A DNA stretch of 60,360 nt from assembly GCA_003614675.1 (NCBI GenBank), contig ML002244.1:1-60360 (forward strand). The letters run 5' to 3'. Shown here piece after piece: positions 48,361-59,521 of the stretch; the stretch's first letter is position 1, and each line of letters starts with the position of its first letter. Source of the DNA: Dimargaris cristalligena. Taxonomy: Eukaryota. Made by a program: the position numbers and the translations under genes. Under the pieces are notes generated by a model. The model ran no database searches. It was not told where the DNA came from and saw nothing but the letters and a program-made list of their open reading frames with translations.

Positions 48361-49703
48361 GGTGATAAACACTTTTTATATAGCTTATAAATTAGTTATC
48401 AACCCCAACAATTAATGTACCAATTTATATAGAATACAGGAGGCAAGGTAATAAACTGTGGTAGTAGTAGTCAGCCATTTGTAGCATGGTATATTGCTAA
48501 AATATATGGCACTTTAATTTATAGAAATTGCTAAATACAGCCTGTTACAGAACAGATGGAAGGCTAGGGAAGTGCACCAAGACTGTAGTCCTCTGACTAA
48601 AAATTACCTAGCTTAACTATAATACAAAGTTGTCTTACCAAGTGATGGGTTTGCTGGTTGATATCTGTTGTATACCTTAAGTACATCTTGGATGAAACAG
48701 GAGTAGGAAATGCCTGGCAAATATTCTGCACCTCTAGAAATATAACCACTTCTTTAGAATGCCGATTTTTACGGAATTGAGAGTTTTATTGCCTTTGAGA
48801 CGGCCAAGATATTACACAACTGGTGTGATGTAAGTATACCCACTCTGGGGTCGGATTTGTTAATAGCCCCGAAGAACAAAAGGCTAGTCTCGGAGCACCA
48901 TCCCAAGTATTTTTTTGCAAACCTTGTGATGAGACCTACACTCTCAATCAGCCAAGCAATATCATAGTCCACTGATATGCCAGTAAATTTCGAAAAATGC
49001 CCAAGTCAGTCAAATCTACACAGCGGTTATAACATTAAGTCTGACGGCAATCGTTTTTGGTGCTACACCAGTACTAACATTTCTATAGTAGAACCCACCT
49101 TATTTTAACTGGACATAGTATTTGCGCTATTGGTCTAATGTAAGCGAGGTATATAGGCCAAGGGAGGATAGGGAAAAGGGGGCATAATTTAATAGTAGCA
49201 AAAGGACCCAGGCCAGTCCGGGCCCTTCAAAATGATTAGCATACAGGGGATGGGTGGGCTTTAAAATTAGGCGGATTCCATGCTAGCTGATTTATTTAGA
49301 GAGCAGGTCATGGACAGTTCAACGAGCTTCTCCGCCTTTCTATTGAAGGACAGCTGCCCTGTTTCTGTAGTCGAAAAAGTCTTCATTCCGGCCCTGCAGA
49401 TAGTTACTCTCTGTCTCGGTCGTAGGGGCGTGTTCGTTAAGAGGACCAAGTGGGTAGGAGACTACATAGGGAAGTCCTAGGTCCACTAATATGGGAAAGG
49501 GCACCCCTCCCTTCCCGTTCAAACCAGCCGCCGGCCTCTTTTCGGTCTCAAGAGAAAGGCCCTGGCCCGAAATCCGGGGCCATTGGTTTAATGGGACCCT
49601 AGCCAACGGCCGGACACCCCGCCCGGTCCCTTTTATTGGATTACGGTGTCGGCTTGACTGCCCTGCTTTGCCCTCCAAGGGGATGGTGAGGTTGGCAATA
49701 TGA

Positions 49704-49710
49704 TATAAAA
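49704..49710 (+). promoter_or_regulatory. TATA box of the DPBB/expansin-like gene
   Basis: TATAAAAGGGA 220 nt before the ATG at 49924. Confidence 0.55.
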
Positions 49711-49923
49711 GGGACTTGATGGCGCCAATTCGACCTAACACATACCACAGTAACTTTCTATATTTCGCTAAAACCCTGCCTATCCCCTCGCTACTTTAAC
49801 CATTTCAGTCTCTTAAGTCTAATAGATACGCTTCCTAAATACGTTCACGGACCTCCATTTTGACAAGTGCCTATTCTTTTTTCTAAACACCGCCCACCTC
49901 TACCTTTTGACCTCCATTTAAAT

Positions 49924-50825
49924 ATGAAATTCATCACGATTGCTGTCCTGGCATTTTCAGTGCTTGCCAATGCCAGTCCCATACCCAACCGGGGACTGTT
50001 TCGACGCCAAGAACAGCCTCAGGTGTCTAACCTAACTTCCAATGCTCCCACCGAAGTCCAATCGGCACCCGTGGTCACTGAAACCGTCGCTCCCATCAGT
50101 CCTGTCCCTATTAATCTTACAACGGTTATTGCCGCGCCCAATACTATTGCCCCAGTCACCCCTACACCAGTTACAACGGCCCCTGCGACGGGAGGAATTC
50201 AGCCCGGTACGCAGGTCATCGGCACGGCTAGTTTTGATTCCCCTAGACCCCAGACGGTTGGATCATGCGGCCCTATGGACGGATTACCTGTCGATGTCGT
50301 GGCGATTGTAAGTTATATCCAAACTATGGTGATGGCGAATTATATTATTGGCTCGCAGTTAGCCTACCCCCCCCCCCTATACTGTAAAACTAACCAACGG
50401 AACGCCTGGGTCCTTGAACAATGGCTCCGGCACAGAGTTGATTATCATTGGGACCCTTCGCTTAGGCCGATCTCTACGCCGACGAAGCAGGGTATTAGGG
50501 CATATGGTTTTTGTCATGTTTGGCTCGTCCTAACTATTATGTGCCGGTGCTTATTTATCACCTACTCACTTCACCGGTTTAGAATGGAATGCAAATGAAT
50601 AACGGTCCCAATCCCAATGACAACCCCCTGTGTCACAAGACAATGACTGTCCAGTTCGAGGACAAGACTTCGCTGACCACCAAGACTGTTACGGTTAAGG
50701 TTATGGATACCTGTGCCAGCTGCAAGCTCGGTGAAATTGTGTTGAGCAATACAGCCGCTCAGAAACTCGGACAGGCCTTTATGAATCAAGGGCGGGCCCA
50801 AGTATCATGGCTTATTAATCAGTAG
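49924..50825 (+). CDS. Secreted RlpA-like double-psi beta-barrel (expansin/loosenin-like) protein, 208 aa
   Basis: Exons 49924-50307 and 50583-50825 (phase-0 intron). Signal peptide MKFITIAVLAFSVLANA, Kex2-like RR, Pro/Thr linker, then GTASF...GSCG...VVAI|NG...NPNDNPLC...VTVKVMDTCASC...LS..A. Confidence 0.85.
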
Positions 50826-51514
50826 ATGTTTCCTACCGGAACTTCCGCCACCGCCGGTGACAGGCCGCTCCGGTCTACTGACTTGAATTTATCTTATTGG
50901 CTTTCCCACCCCACACTATCTTTTCTACCATTAAATGCTTACTTGTACTAATAAAAAATGAACTGGATTCTCTTTCACGTTGGCCTTAGGTCATATAAGC
51001 TGTTGCTAGATTCATCTGATTATTGACAAACCGCAATAGTCGGTAAATAGGCGGACTGTATTGCAGTGTGGCTAAGCGCGGTTAAGTGTATCAGCACCAG
51101 GGTGCACCAAGATCACTAATATATCAAGAGCAGATCTGAATCCGCGTGCCACTTAAAACCTCATCTACCATGGCCATAATGTATCTCTGATGAGACGAAG
51201 GGAGTACACTGCTACTTGATAAAGTAGTCCACGGCATGAATTTATCGGATTTAGCATATTCTATCAATGAATAAAATTGCCAGTGTACTTCGACACTGAG
51301 CCCTTATCACGATTCAGCTCGTAATGATTTATTATTGATGTGGTTTTATCACCCCTCCGCCTTCCAAGGAACCTAGAACAGCAGCTCTAGGTCAGCCAGT
51401 TGTGAAGAAGAAACCGCCGGATAGGCGAATTGATAGTCAGCGCAATACAGTGTTGCCAGGATATACCACATACTCACAAAACCATTCGCCACCCAAGTAG
51501 CCTTGGGTGTTTCA

Positions 51515-51521
51515 TATAAAA
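51515..51521 (+). promoter_or_regulatory. TATA box of the Gly-rich gene
   Basis: TATAAAAGG ~150 nt before the ATG at 51667. Confidence 0.55.
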
Positions 51522-51666
51522 GGCTGCCAGCATGTCCTACTTAGAGATATCAAGCAAGCATCGTCTCTTACTCACACATCAAGTCTCCTTTTCCACTCTA
51601 CACTACTCAGATTCAAGCACCTATTCGCCAATCCTCTTTTTCCCTCTCCAATCTCCCAGTAGCATC

Positions 51667-52692
51667 ATGAAGGCCATTGCTCTCGCCTGTGCTCTTTTCG
51701 CTGCCCACGTCGCTGCTCAAGGTGGTGCTTTCGGAAGCCAAATCCTCGGTAATCTCGGTGGCTACGACGGCGGCTATGGTGGCGGATACGATGGTGGCAA
51801 TAACGGCGGCAACCGCGGTGGTCGATTCGGATCTGGCCTCGGTGGATACGATGGTGGCTATGGTGGTGGCTATGGTGGTGGCTATGATGGTGGTTACGAT
51901 GGTGGCAACTTCGGTTCTGGCCTCGGTGGCTATGATGGCGGTTACGATGGTGGCTACGGTGGCGGCAATAACGGCGGCAACCGCGGTGGTCGATTCGGTT
52001 CTGGCCTCGGTGGATACGATGGCGGCTATGGTGGTGGCTATGATGGTGACTATAATGGTGGTTACGATGGCGGCTACGATGGTGGCAACTTCGGTTCTGG
52101 CCTCGGTGGCTATGATGGCGGTTACGGCGGCGGTTACGATGGTGGCTACGGTGGCGGCAATAACGGCGGCAACCGCGGTGGTCGATTCGGTTCTGGCCTC
52201 GGTGGATACGATGGCGGCTATGGTGGTGGCTATGATGGTGACTATAATGGTGGTTACGATGGCGGCTACGATGGTGGCAACTTCGGTTCTGGCCTCGGTG
52301 GCTATGATGGCGGTTACGGCGGCGGTTACGATGGTGGCTACGGTGGCGGCAATAACGGCGGCAACCGCGGTGGTCGATTTGGATCTGGCCTCGGCGGATA
52401 CAACGGTGGCTATGATGGCGGATATGATGGTGGCTACGATGGTGACTTCGACGGTGGCTACGACGGCGGATATGACGGTGGCTACGAAGGCGGACTTTAC
52501 CGCCGCGAATTCATCCCCCTGGACGTCTACGGCGACGCAGTTCCCATGGCTCACGTGCGCCGCAGCGAGCCCACCAAATTCGCTTCCAAAAATAACCTCA
52601 AGGACAAGAAGCTCGCCGCGCAGGCCCTCAAATACAAGAACCAAAGTGCCAAGAAGTTCAACACCAAGGCCAAGACCTTCGCCATCAACTAA
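51667..52692 (+). CDS. Secreted Gly/Tyr/Asp-rich repeat protein, 341 aa
   Basis: Signal peptide MKAIALACALFAAHVAA; body of GGYD/GGYG units nested in 64-aa higher-order repeats; two RR sites; Lys-rich C-terminal tail. Confidence 0.88.
   Translation: MKAIALACALFAAHVAAQGGAFGSQILGNLGGYDGGYGGGYDGGNNGGNRGGRFGSGLGGYDGGYGGGYGGGYDGGYDGGNFGSGLGGYDGGYDGGYGGGNNGGNRGGRFGSGLGGYDGGYGGGYDGDYNGGYDGGYDGGNFGSGLGGYDGGYGGGYDGGYGGGNNGGNRGGRFGSGLGGYDGGYGGGYDGDYNGGYDGGYDGGNFGSGLGGYDGGYGGGYDGGYGGGNNGGNRGGRFGSGLGGYNGGYDGGYDGGYDGDFDGGYDGGYDGGYEGGLYRREFIPLDVYGDAVPMAHVRRSEPTKFASKNNLKDKKLAAQALKYKNQSAKKFNTKAKTFAIN
51799..52400 (+). repeat. Coding tandem repeat with a 192-nt higher-order unit
   Basis: AATAACGGCGGCAACCGCGGTGGTCGATT recurs at 51799, 51967, 52159 and 52351. 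Units 51967-52158 and 52159-52350 appear identical by eye. Confidence 0.9.
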
Positions 52693-53371
52693 GCCGCTCT
52701 CGCTAACTGGCATTCGTGCGTAACACTACCCCCCCTCTCGCTATAGGGGAACCGGTGCTTCCTTCACTGAAAAATGCAACATTCCCTGTCACTATTTATG
52801 GGCCTTCCCTTACTCATGATTTTAGCTATTTAAATCTTGCTCTTCCTTGCTTTGAAATAAAATTGCACCAATAAACACTCATAGTGGCTCTAATTAAACC
52901 GGGGGGGGGGGGCTAAACGCTTTTTGCAAGCAGTGGTCATTGGGTCTAATCCGCCAAAGGCAGTCGGTGGGTCAATCGAAGCGATTGCATTGGCCTCCGG
53001 TAGGGCTACTGTGTAAGGTGAACATTGGGAAATGATACCAACGGCAGCGGCACCTTTGATTCAGTACTGTATTATGAGGTTCAACGGCTAGCACAGAGAT
53101 TGCAAAAAAAAAATAGGCATGTCAATGTTTAATAGTTGAAGCAGCAGAAAGTTACGAAAGGGGTGGACACGAAACAGGCTGAATTCAAAAGATTTTATTA
53201 AATCGGGATTCGCAAAGAACGTGTATAAATGAGTTGGGGGGGGGGTATTTATTAATAGGCTCTAGCATACGACTGGCAGGGACCGTCGTCAAAAACGTAA
53301 GTATCATTAAGGTGGAAAGTAGCGTCGGGCGATCAAGCAGACATTATTTGATTTAAGGCAAGTGCGCCATT

Positions 53372-55615
53372 TTAGGAAAGAAGTAGCTGATTTGTGGCGA
53401 TTTCATACATCATCCGCTTCCGTAGATAGGGCATTTGCTTTTGAGTGAAATCAAAGGTGGCTTCCCGGCAGCAGTATTCAGCAAACATACACGTAAACAC
53501 CCCGCAGTCATAACCATTCTGTTGGCGGGGAATATTTTTAGGGCAGTAGTCTTCCCAGTCAGACAAATTGAGGGGCTGCTTCTTCTTTTCAGTATGCTCG
53601 GATTCCAAGTAACCGCGGATTAACTGGATACATTCAACGCAAGTCCGTCGATAGTAGTAGATATTAGTATAAAAAATAAAAATAGGTAAGCTATCATTCA
53701 AACACAGTATATCTCTAGGCAGGTCGGTAACTTGACCCACCACACTCGCGTAGCTAACAAATCTGCAGTAACTAAGTCACCAAATGCAAATGAAAACAGG
53801 GCCGGGCCGGGCATTTTCAGCAAGAAACCTCTTATGCGGCCTGACCCTCCTAAATTAAACTAGAGGTTCAACTAGCCGTTCGGGCCACTTACCTTGAAGA
53901 CCTGGGGGTTACTGCCCAGCATCGAGTCGTAATACTCGATGCGCTTACGTTTAACATTAACGACTGCGCAGGTCCAATGTCCTGGTAAATGAACCGGAAT
54001 TACGACGAGGTCTTTGGCGAAAATATCGTTCTTTTTAGACCATCGCCGGACTTTACTGTACCCCTCGTCGCGAAGCTTGGCGTAGAAAAAGGTATTGAAG
54101 GTGTGGACCTGCGGAAGAGTATCGCTTGTTTTGGACCGCTCAACTATCATACTGACGTAGAAATTGATTACCTAAGACAAACACCAGAGAAGACGATAAC
54201 ATCAAATGGCCCAGTCAACACCAGTAAAAGATCGGATAATAGAGGCTGGTTAATCTCAGAATTGTGGTGGGATTCCTACATCATTTCTTGGCTATATAGA
54301 AAGACCCACACATCATCAATTAAACGAGGACTAAGTCGCTAAATTATAATAACCAGAAGAGACTATAACAGGGTAGCAGAAGGCAAATCAAGTTAAATCA
54401 CTGGGTCAATTAAGATAAAGGGAGCGTAACCAATACTAGACTTACCTCGTCATTCAGCCATTGGCCATCGGTAAGGGTGCGCAGATCCGAGCCACTGATG
54501 GGTATATTATAGGCCTCAACCACTAGCTGGGATTTTAAAGCCCGCTGGATAGTAGCTTTGGCGTCCGAAGGGAGCGGAGTGAAACTATCAACGGCCTTGG
54601 CCTGGCGTTGTTCCACTGATTCGTCAATCTGGGCGTCTTTCGCTTTTAGCCGCTCAAAATGCGGGGTAGGAACGGATTCAGGGAGAGGGCGTAGCTCTAG
54701 GGCCCGTTGGATTCTTTGCCGCAGGGTATCGATCCAGAGTTCAGACGAGGGAATAGTAGAGGAGGGTGCTACTGCGGAGAGATCAGATGTAAGCGGAAAG
54801 GCAGGGATGGCAAGCCGCGGAGTTCGAAGAGGGGTGTGATATCTCGACGAATCTATTAGGTGATGCTGGGTCCGCGCGGAAAACGGAGTGGTCGGGAGCT
54901 GGGATAAGATACTTAAAGGGTTTGCAGTCCGGGGACGTCCATGCGGGTTTGCGAGCAAACCCGTGGCCGATACTACTTCGGATGGCGCGGGACTCTCCGC
55001 ATATACCCCTGTCGTATCAGTGGGACGGGTTGGAGAGTTCTTCGACAAAGCGAACCGATTAGCCAAAGCCTGGATCGAGGACCGTTGAACATGGGGCGGG
55101 GCCAGAGGGCGATAAGGCTTCCGCCTGGAATTATAATTCCGAATGGGACGGGCCCGATTAGCCGGTCGGGAGACAGCCTTGAACTGCAAGGCAGAAGTTC
55201 CAAAAGAGGGTGAGTCTAGTGAAAGGACGGTCGAGCCGCGGAATAGTGCCGAGGCTTGGTTTGTCTGGGTAGGCAACGCCGCGGTAGGGGCCGGCGCGGT
55301 GAGTGCTGTTTCGACTGGCTTCACCGGAGGACGGGCGGGTAAGTCCAATGGGGCAATTGGGGGTGCTGGTAGGGTCGAAGGTGGAGGAGACACCGATACT
55401 GGCGGGGTTACTTCAGGGAGCGCGCTATAGAGTAAGGACGTCAACCACTTTACGGCCCGGGTGATCAAATTAACATCGGGAGTTCGGGACCGCTTTCGAG
55501 GGGGTTGGTCGGAATATGCGTGGGCGGCCTTGGAGGCATCGGCCTGGATAGTGGGTGAGGACATGGCTGCCCTGTCGTATTCCTCTAGGGAACGCTTTAG
55601 GCCCTGCATCCGCAT
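53372..55615 (-). CDS. ULP1: Ulp1-family SUMO-specific cysteine protease (peptidase C48), ~566 aa, 3 exons
   Basis: Exons 55615-54446, 54171-53893 and 53623-53372, all phase 0. Motifs WLNDE|VINFY, FNTFFY, VRRWSK, PVHLPGHW (His), YYDSM (Asp) and PRQQNGYDCGVF (Gln/Cys). Start could be 55615 or 55609. Confidence 0.93.
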
Positions 55616-55978
55616 TCTAAGCGGGCCAGTGGGCTGGAATGGGCAGAAGAGCAAAACAATTCAACAGGTGGCCGCAAAGTAATTAGGTAAATAGAAGACT
55701 AGGTGAACAACGAACGACCAGCAGGCGTGTGGGGAAATAAATTGAGAAGCCCCAGGTGCGTCCGCTGCATAAAGACCAAAACGAGAGGCCAGGCGTAACT
55801 AACGCGAAATGCATCCAAGCTGGGTAGAGTTGAGGAAAAGCTGCGATTCATTTCAATCAGTAACCGCTCCCCACTCTGTGGCAATGGAGTGGGTCACTTG
55901 GAAGTCCTCAAGGGTGACTGAAATTATTAGATGTCTAGGTATAATTAAACAGTCGGTTTAACCATGTAATGGTACATA

Positions 55979-55987
55979 GTCACGTGA
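55979..55987. promoter_or_regulatory. E-box GTCACGTGA in the ULP1/HGH1 bidirectional promoter
   Basis: Extended E-box within the ~610-bp head-to-head intergenic region. Confidence 0.5.
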
Positions 55988-56228
55988 TCTGGGATCATTA
56001 CTCCGCCCATCTTTTCACCCTCATAGCTCTAGGTTTTACGTGAGACCGCGAGGCCGCAACTGTCCAAGCCAATCCTTTCTTTTTGCTGATTCCATTTAGT
56101 GACAAATACCCCTCGTAAAGCCAGTAACCCGGTGTCGACCCTTTCGCTATTGCTAATCGACTCCAAGAATACTCCAACGCATTCTCTACTTTAGTCCAAC
56201 TCCTCTGTACGCTTCTAGTTTAGTCCAC

Positions 56229-58199
56229 ATGGAGAGCCAACTCGACGAGGTAGGTAATGCCCATAAGACAGGACACCCCTTTAAACCTCGGGACAGCCCA
56301 CTAATACGCACGTACGAATACCATCAACCCCTCCCCTTACCTGCTAACCGTAACCCCCAACCATACCTGTATCCTCTACCTTGTCCAGCTTATCGGGTTC
56401 CTGAAAGACCCCAAACCCGAGGTAAGTCGGACGATTTAGAGTTAATGTATGCTATACTAACGGATGCCCTGTGCATGGCTTAGCCATGGACAGCCAATAT
56501 GTCTATAAATGAACACTATGTATAGTTCTGATTAGTTGAAAGACCGACTCGGTAGCTACCCTCTAACATATAATCCAAGCCGGTACCGGTGTCTTCAATT
56601 GAAATAACCGATTAGTATATCATGTACGTTGATTTCGAATCCACTTTCCGTCTTTATCAATGGCTATATTAGGTGCGCATGATTGCTACCCAGTATATAG
56701 TTGGCTTCACACACGCTAAATCCGACAACTACCTCATTGCCAAGAAGAAATGGTCCCGACTGATTCCTGACTTAATCGCCCTTTGCGAGGACGATCTTGT
56801 AAGTGACTATTAACGTACGCTGGCGCCAATTTAAAAGGCGATTGCATATATAATGCACGTATCTTAATCGGGCCTCTCCCATGACGGGCCTCAGGCTTGC
56901 ACCCCTCTAAATCTCAGACCACCTCTGATGCCATATAACTAATCCAATGGCCAATTACCTGTCTCCCACTTGCCCGGCTGCTTTTCTAGGAAATCGCCCA
57001 CCAAGCCCTCCTATCCCTGGTGAACTTATCCGGTGATGACGATTCGATCAAATATTTCGACAGTGTAGAACTATTGGCTAAGGCTGGCAAGGAACTAGTG
57101 GTATGTATCTCTGTTGATGAGTATACATTTATCCGAAGCATGGTTCTCAATACTATTCCTCTCTGCCAACCCGCTGGTATCGGCATCCCGTATTAATCGC
57201 CTTTGTGAATCTACCATACCCTTTATCAACCCCCTCACCCCGCTAGTCCTCCACTTGTCCCCTGGCCGACATGTACTGCATGCTTCTTGCCAACCTGTCG
57301 AAACACGAGAGCATTGCGGCCAAGTTGTTGACTATCAATACTCCCCCGCCCCCCGCTCTGCGCTCCGATCCCTCAAAGGATCAGCCCGCTCCACTAATGG
57401 ACCAACTCTGCGACGTTTTTGTACGTGGCATGGACAAGAAATACAACCAGGATGCTGACTACAATTACCTGGCCAGTGTCTTTGCGAATATCACCGCGGT
57501 AAGTACCTGTTGTGAAACATGCTGCAAATCGTTGTGAGTTCCTCTACCTCGTCCATACTGCAGCTTAGCTTTTCCTAATCGCCTTTTTTACCATTGACCC
57601 GCTCGCCTGCTTATCCCATCAACATGATGCCCCATTAATCTTGAATATAGTTCAAGGAAGGTCGCGACTATTTCTTGGGCCAATCCAACCTTGATTTGGC
57701 TGACGCCCCCATCACCAAGCTCATCGTCTTCACCGACCACGAAAATCTAGTGCGCCGAACGGGTGTCCTTGCGACCATTAAGAATTGCTGCTTTGAGACG
57801 AGCAAGCACCATCTCCTGCTGGATGAGAACGGTATGAACCTCCTGCCCTACCTCCTGCTCCCCCTCTGCGGTCCCGAGGAATTCAGCGAGGAAGATATGG
57901 ACGGGATGCCGGATGACCTTCAGTTATTACCCCCCGAAAAAGAGAGAGAATCCAGTGAGACCCTCCGACAGGTCCTTGTCGAAATCCTCATCCTTCTAAC
58001 CAGTAACCGGGCCGAACGCGAATATATGCGGGCTAAGCAAGTGTACCCCGTAGTCCGGGCTCTGCATTTATGGGAGAGTAACGAAGATGTTCAGGAATCC
58101 ATCGATCGTCTCGTCCAAATGCTTATGCGAGATGAAGAGATCGAAAGGGCCGAGCCCCCGTCGGCAGGTGATGCCGACGACGCAATTGTCGAGGTTTAG
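56229..58199 (+). CDS. HGH1: Protein HGH1 (FAM203/Brp16; eEF2 chaperone), 363 aa, 6 exons
   Basis: Exons 56229-56249, 56389-56421, 56673-56798, 56990-57100, 57247-57498 and 57651-58199, all phase 0. Motifs MESQLDELIGFL.DP.PEVR, LVNLS, CMLLANLSK, YNYLASVFAN, RRTGVLATIKNCCF, LLPYLLLPLCG, LQLLPPEKERE and VYPVVR.LH. Confidence 0.93.
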
Positions 58200-58612
58200 G
58201 GGCCCTAGTCGGCACTTTCATGCATCTGACTAAATTATGCAGCCCATCATTTGGGGGGTATTGTTTGCCCCCGCTTTCCCATTCGGGGCCTTTAGTTATT
58301 TTTCATAAATATATAGAATATGTTGCGTATCGCTCATTGGCCATTCTGGCATACCAATGACTAAAGGACCAGTCCGGTCATTGATAAGAAACTACCCATT
58401 CTACAGGGATCATCTGAGTTCAAAGGTGGATTTTTCGCCATTTATGTAGCTAATGGTTTTTGGGATAAAATAAAATATAGACTTCAGTCCGGTCAGAAAC
58501 AGGTATAATTGGAGGGGGGGTGATGTTTAGTATGATCTTTAACGCAATTGGGCTCGGTTATGCTGGAGCCAATACAAAAGAGCCAGTAATGAAATTGATT
58601 TGGCCACACTGT

Positions 58613-59521
58613 TTAAGCCTCGGGGAAATATTGGGGCAAAATGTACCGAAGTTTAGCACTGCTTTCGGCCGGACGATGAACCGGGGGGGTCATGATGGCG
58701 AACTCCATCGATCCCTGCACAGTAGCCGCCACTTCGTGATGCTCGCTCGTTTCCGCTAGTGAGTCAATCACCACCCGAATCAAAGCCCGGGCCTTGAGCG
58801 AGTTCTTTTTCATGACTTCCATGACGGCCTGAACGGTAACGGCCTCCTCGGACTCCTTCCAGCAATCGTAATCGGTGGACATGCAGACCATTTGGTAGGC
58901 TATCTCGGCCTCCCGGGCGAGCTTGGCTTCGGGAATGGCCGTCATATTAATCACATCGCAGTTCCAGGCCCGGTAGAGATGGGACTCGGCCCGGGTGGAA
59001 AAGGCGGGGCCCTCAATCGACACGACGGTCTTGCTGCGGTGCAACACACTGTCCTCACCCAGGGCTTCGGCATGACGGGCAATGATATTGGCGAGCGTGG
59101 CGTTGAAGGGATCGGCAAAGGAGGCGTGGGCCAGGATTCCCCCTTCAAAAAAGGAGGATTCCCGGATACCCTTGGTGCGGTCCACGATTTGGTTAGGCAG
59201 CACGAAATCGCCGGGGCGGATTTCTTCCCGGAGCGAACCCACGGCGGAGAAGGAGATGATAGTCCCCACCCCCAAATGCTTCAAGGCGGCAATGTTGGCG
59301 CGGTTGGGGACTTCGCTGGGGCTGAACTGGTGTTTCCGGCCGTGGCGGGCCAGGAAGGCGATCTTAGGGCCGTTGGCCGAGGCCCGGGCAATAACGATCC
59401 GGTCGGCGGGGAACCCCCAGGGGGTTTCGGGGTACTCTTCGCCAATGACTTCGAGGCCTTCCAACTCGTAAAGGCCGGAGCCTCCGATAACGGCGAGGTG
59501 GACGTCAGTGTGTTGGGCCAT
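58613..59521 (-). CDS. MEU1: S-methyl-5'-thioadenosine phosphorylase (MTAP), 302 aa
   Basis: Motifs IGGSGLY, TPWG.P, FLARHG..H, ANIAALK, AVGSLREE, EGPAFSTRAES, INMT.IPEAKLAREAEI.Y and MSTDYDCW; intronless CDS. Confidence 0.97.
   Translation of the reverse strand: MAQHTDVHLAVIGGSGLYELEGLEVIGEEYPETPWGFPADRIVIARASANGPKIAFLARHGRKHQFSPSEVPNRANIAALKHLGVGTIISFSAVGSLREEIRPGDFVLPNQIVDRTKGIRESSFFEGGILAHASFADPFNATLANIIARHAEALGEDSVLHRSKTVVSIEGPAFSTRAESHLYRAWNCDVINMTAIPEAKLAREAEIAYQMVCMSTDYDCWKESEEAVTVQAVMEVMKKNSLKARALIRVVIDSLAETSEHHEVAATVQGSMEFAIMTPPVHRPAESSAKLRYILPQYFPEA

Noticed and set aside
48610..49000. Minus-strand frame with few stops next to the long-TIR element (possible pseudogene or transposase relic)
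   Set aside because: No recognisable DDE, RT or other motif; cannot be supported without a homology search.
51187..51200. CTGATGAGACGAAG hammerhead-like core
   Set aside because: Lacks GAAA and the stem I/III pairing.
51613..52723. 366-aa antisense and 348-aa alternate-frame ORFs over the Gly-rich gene
   Set aside because: Stop-free by-products of the GGY repeat. Only the Gly frame has a signal peptide and a suitably placed TATA box and ATG.
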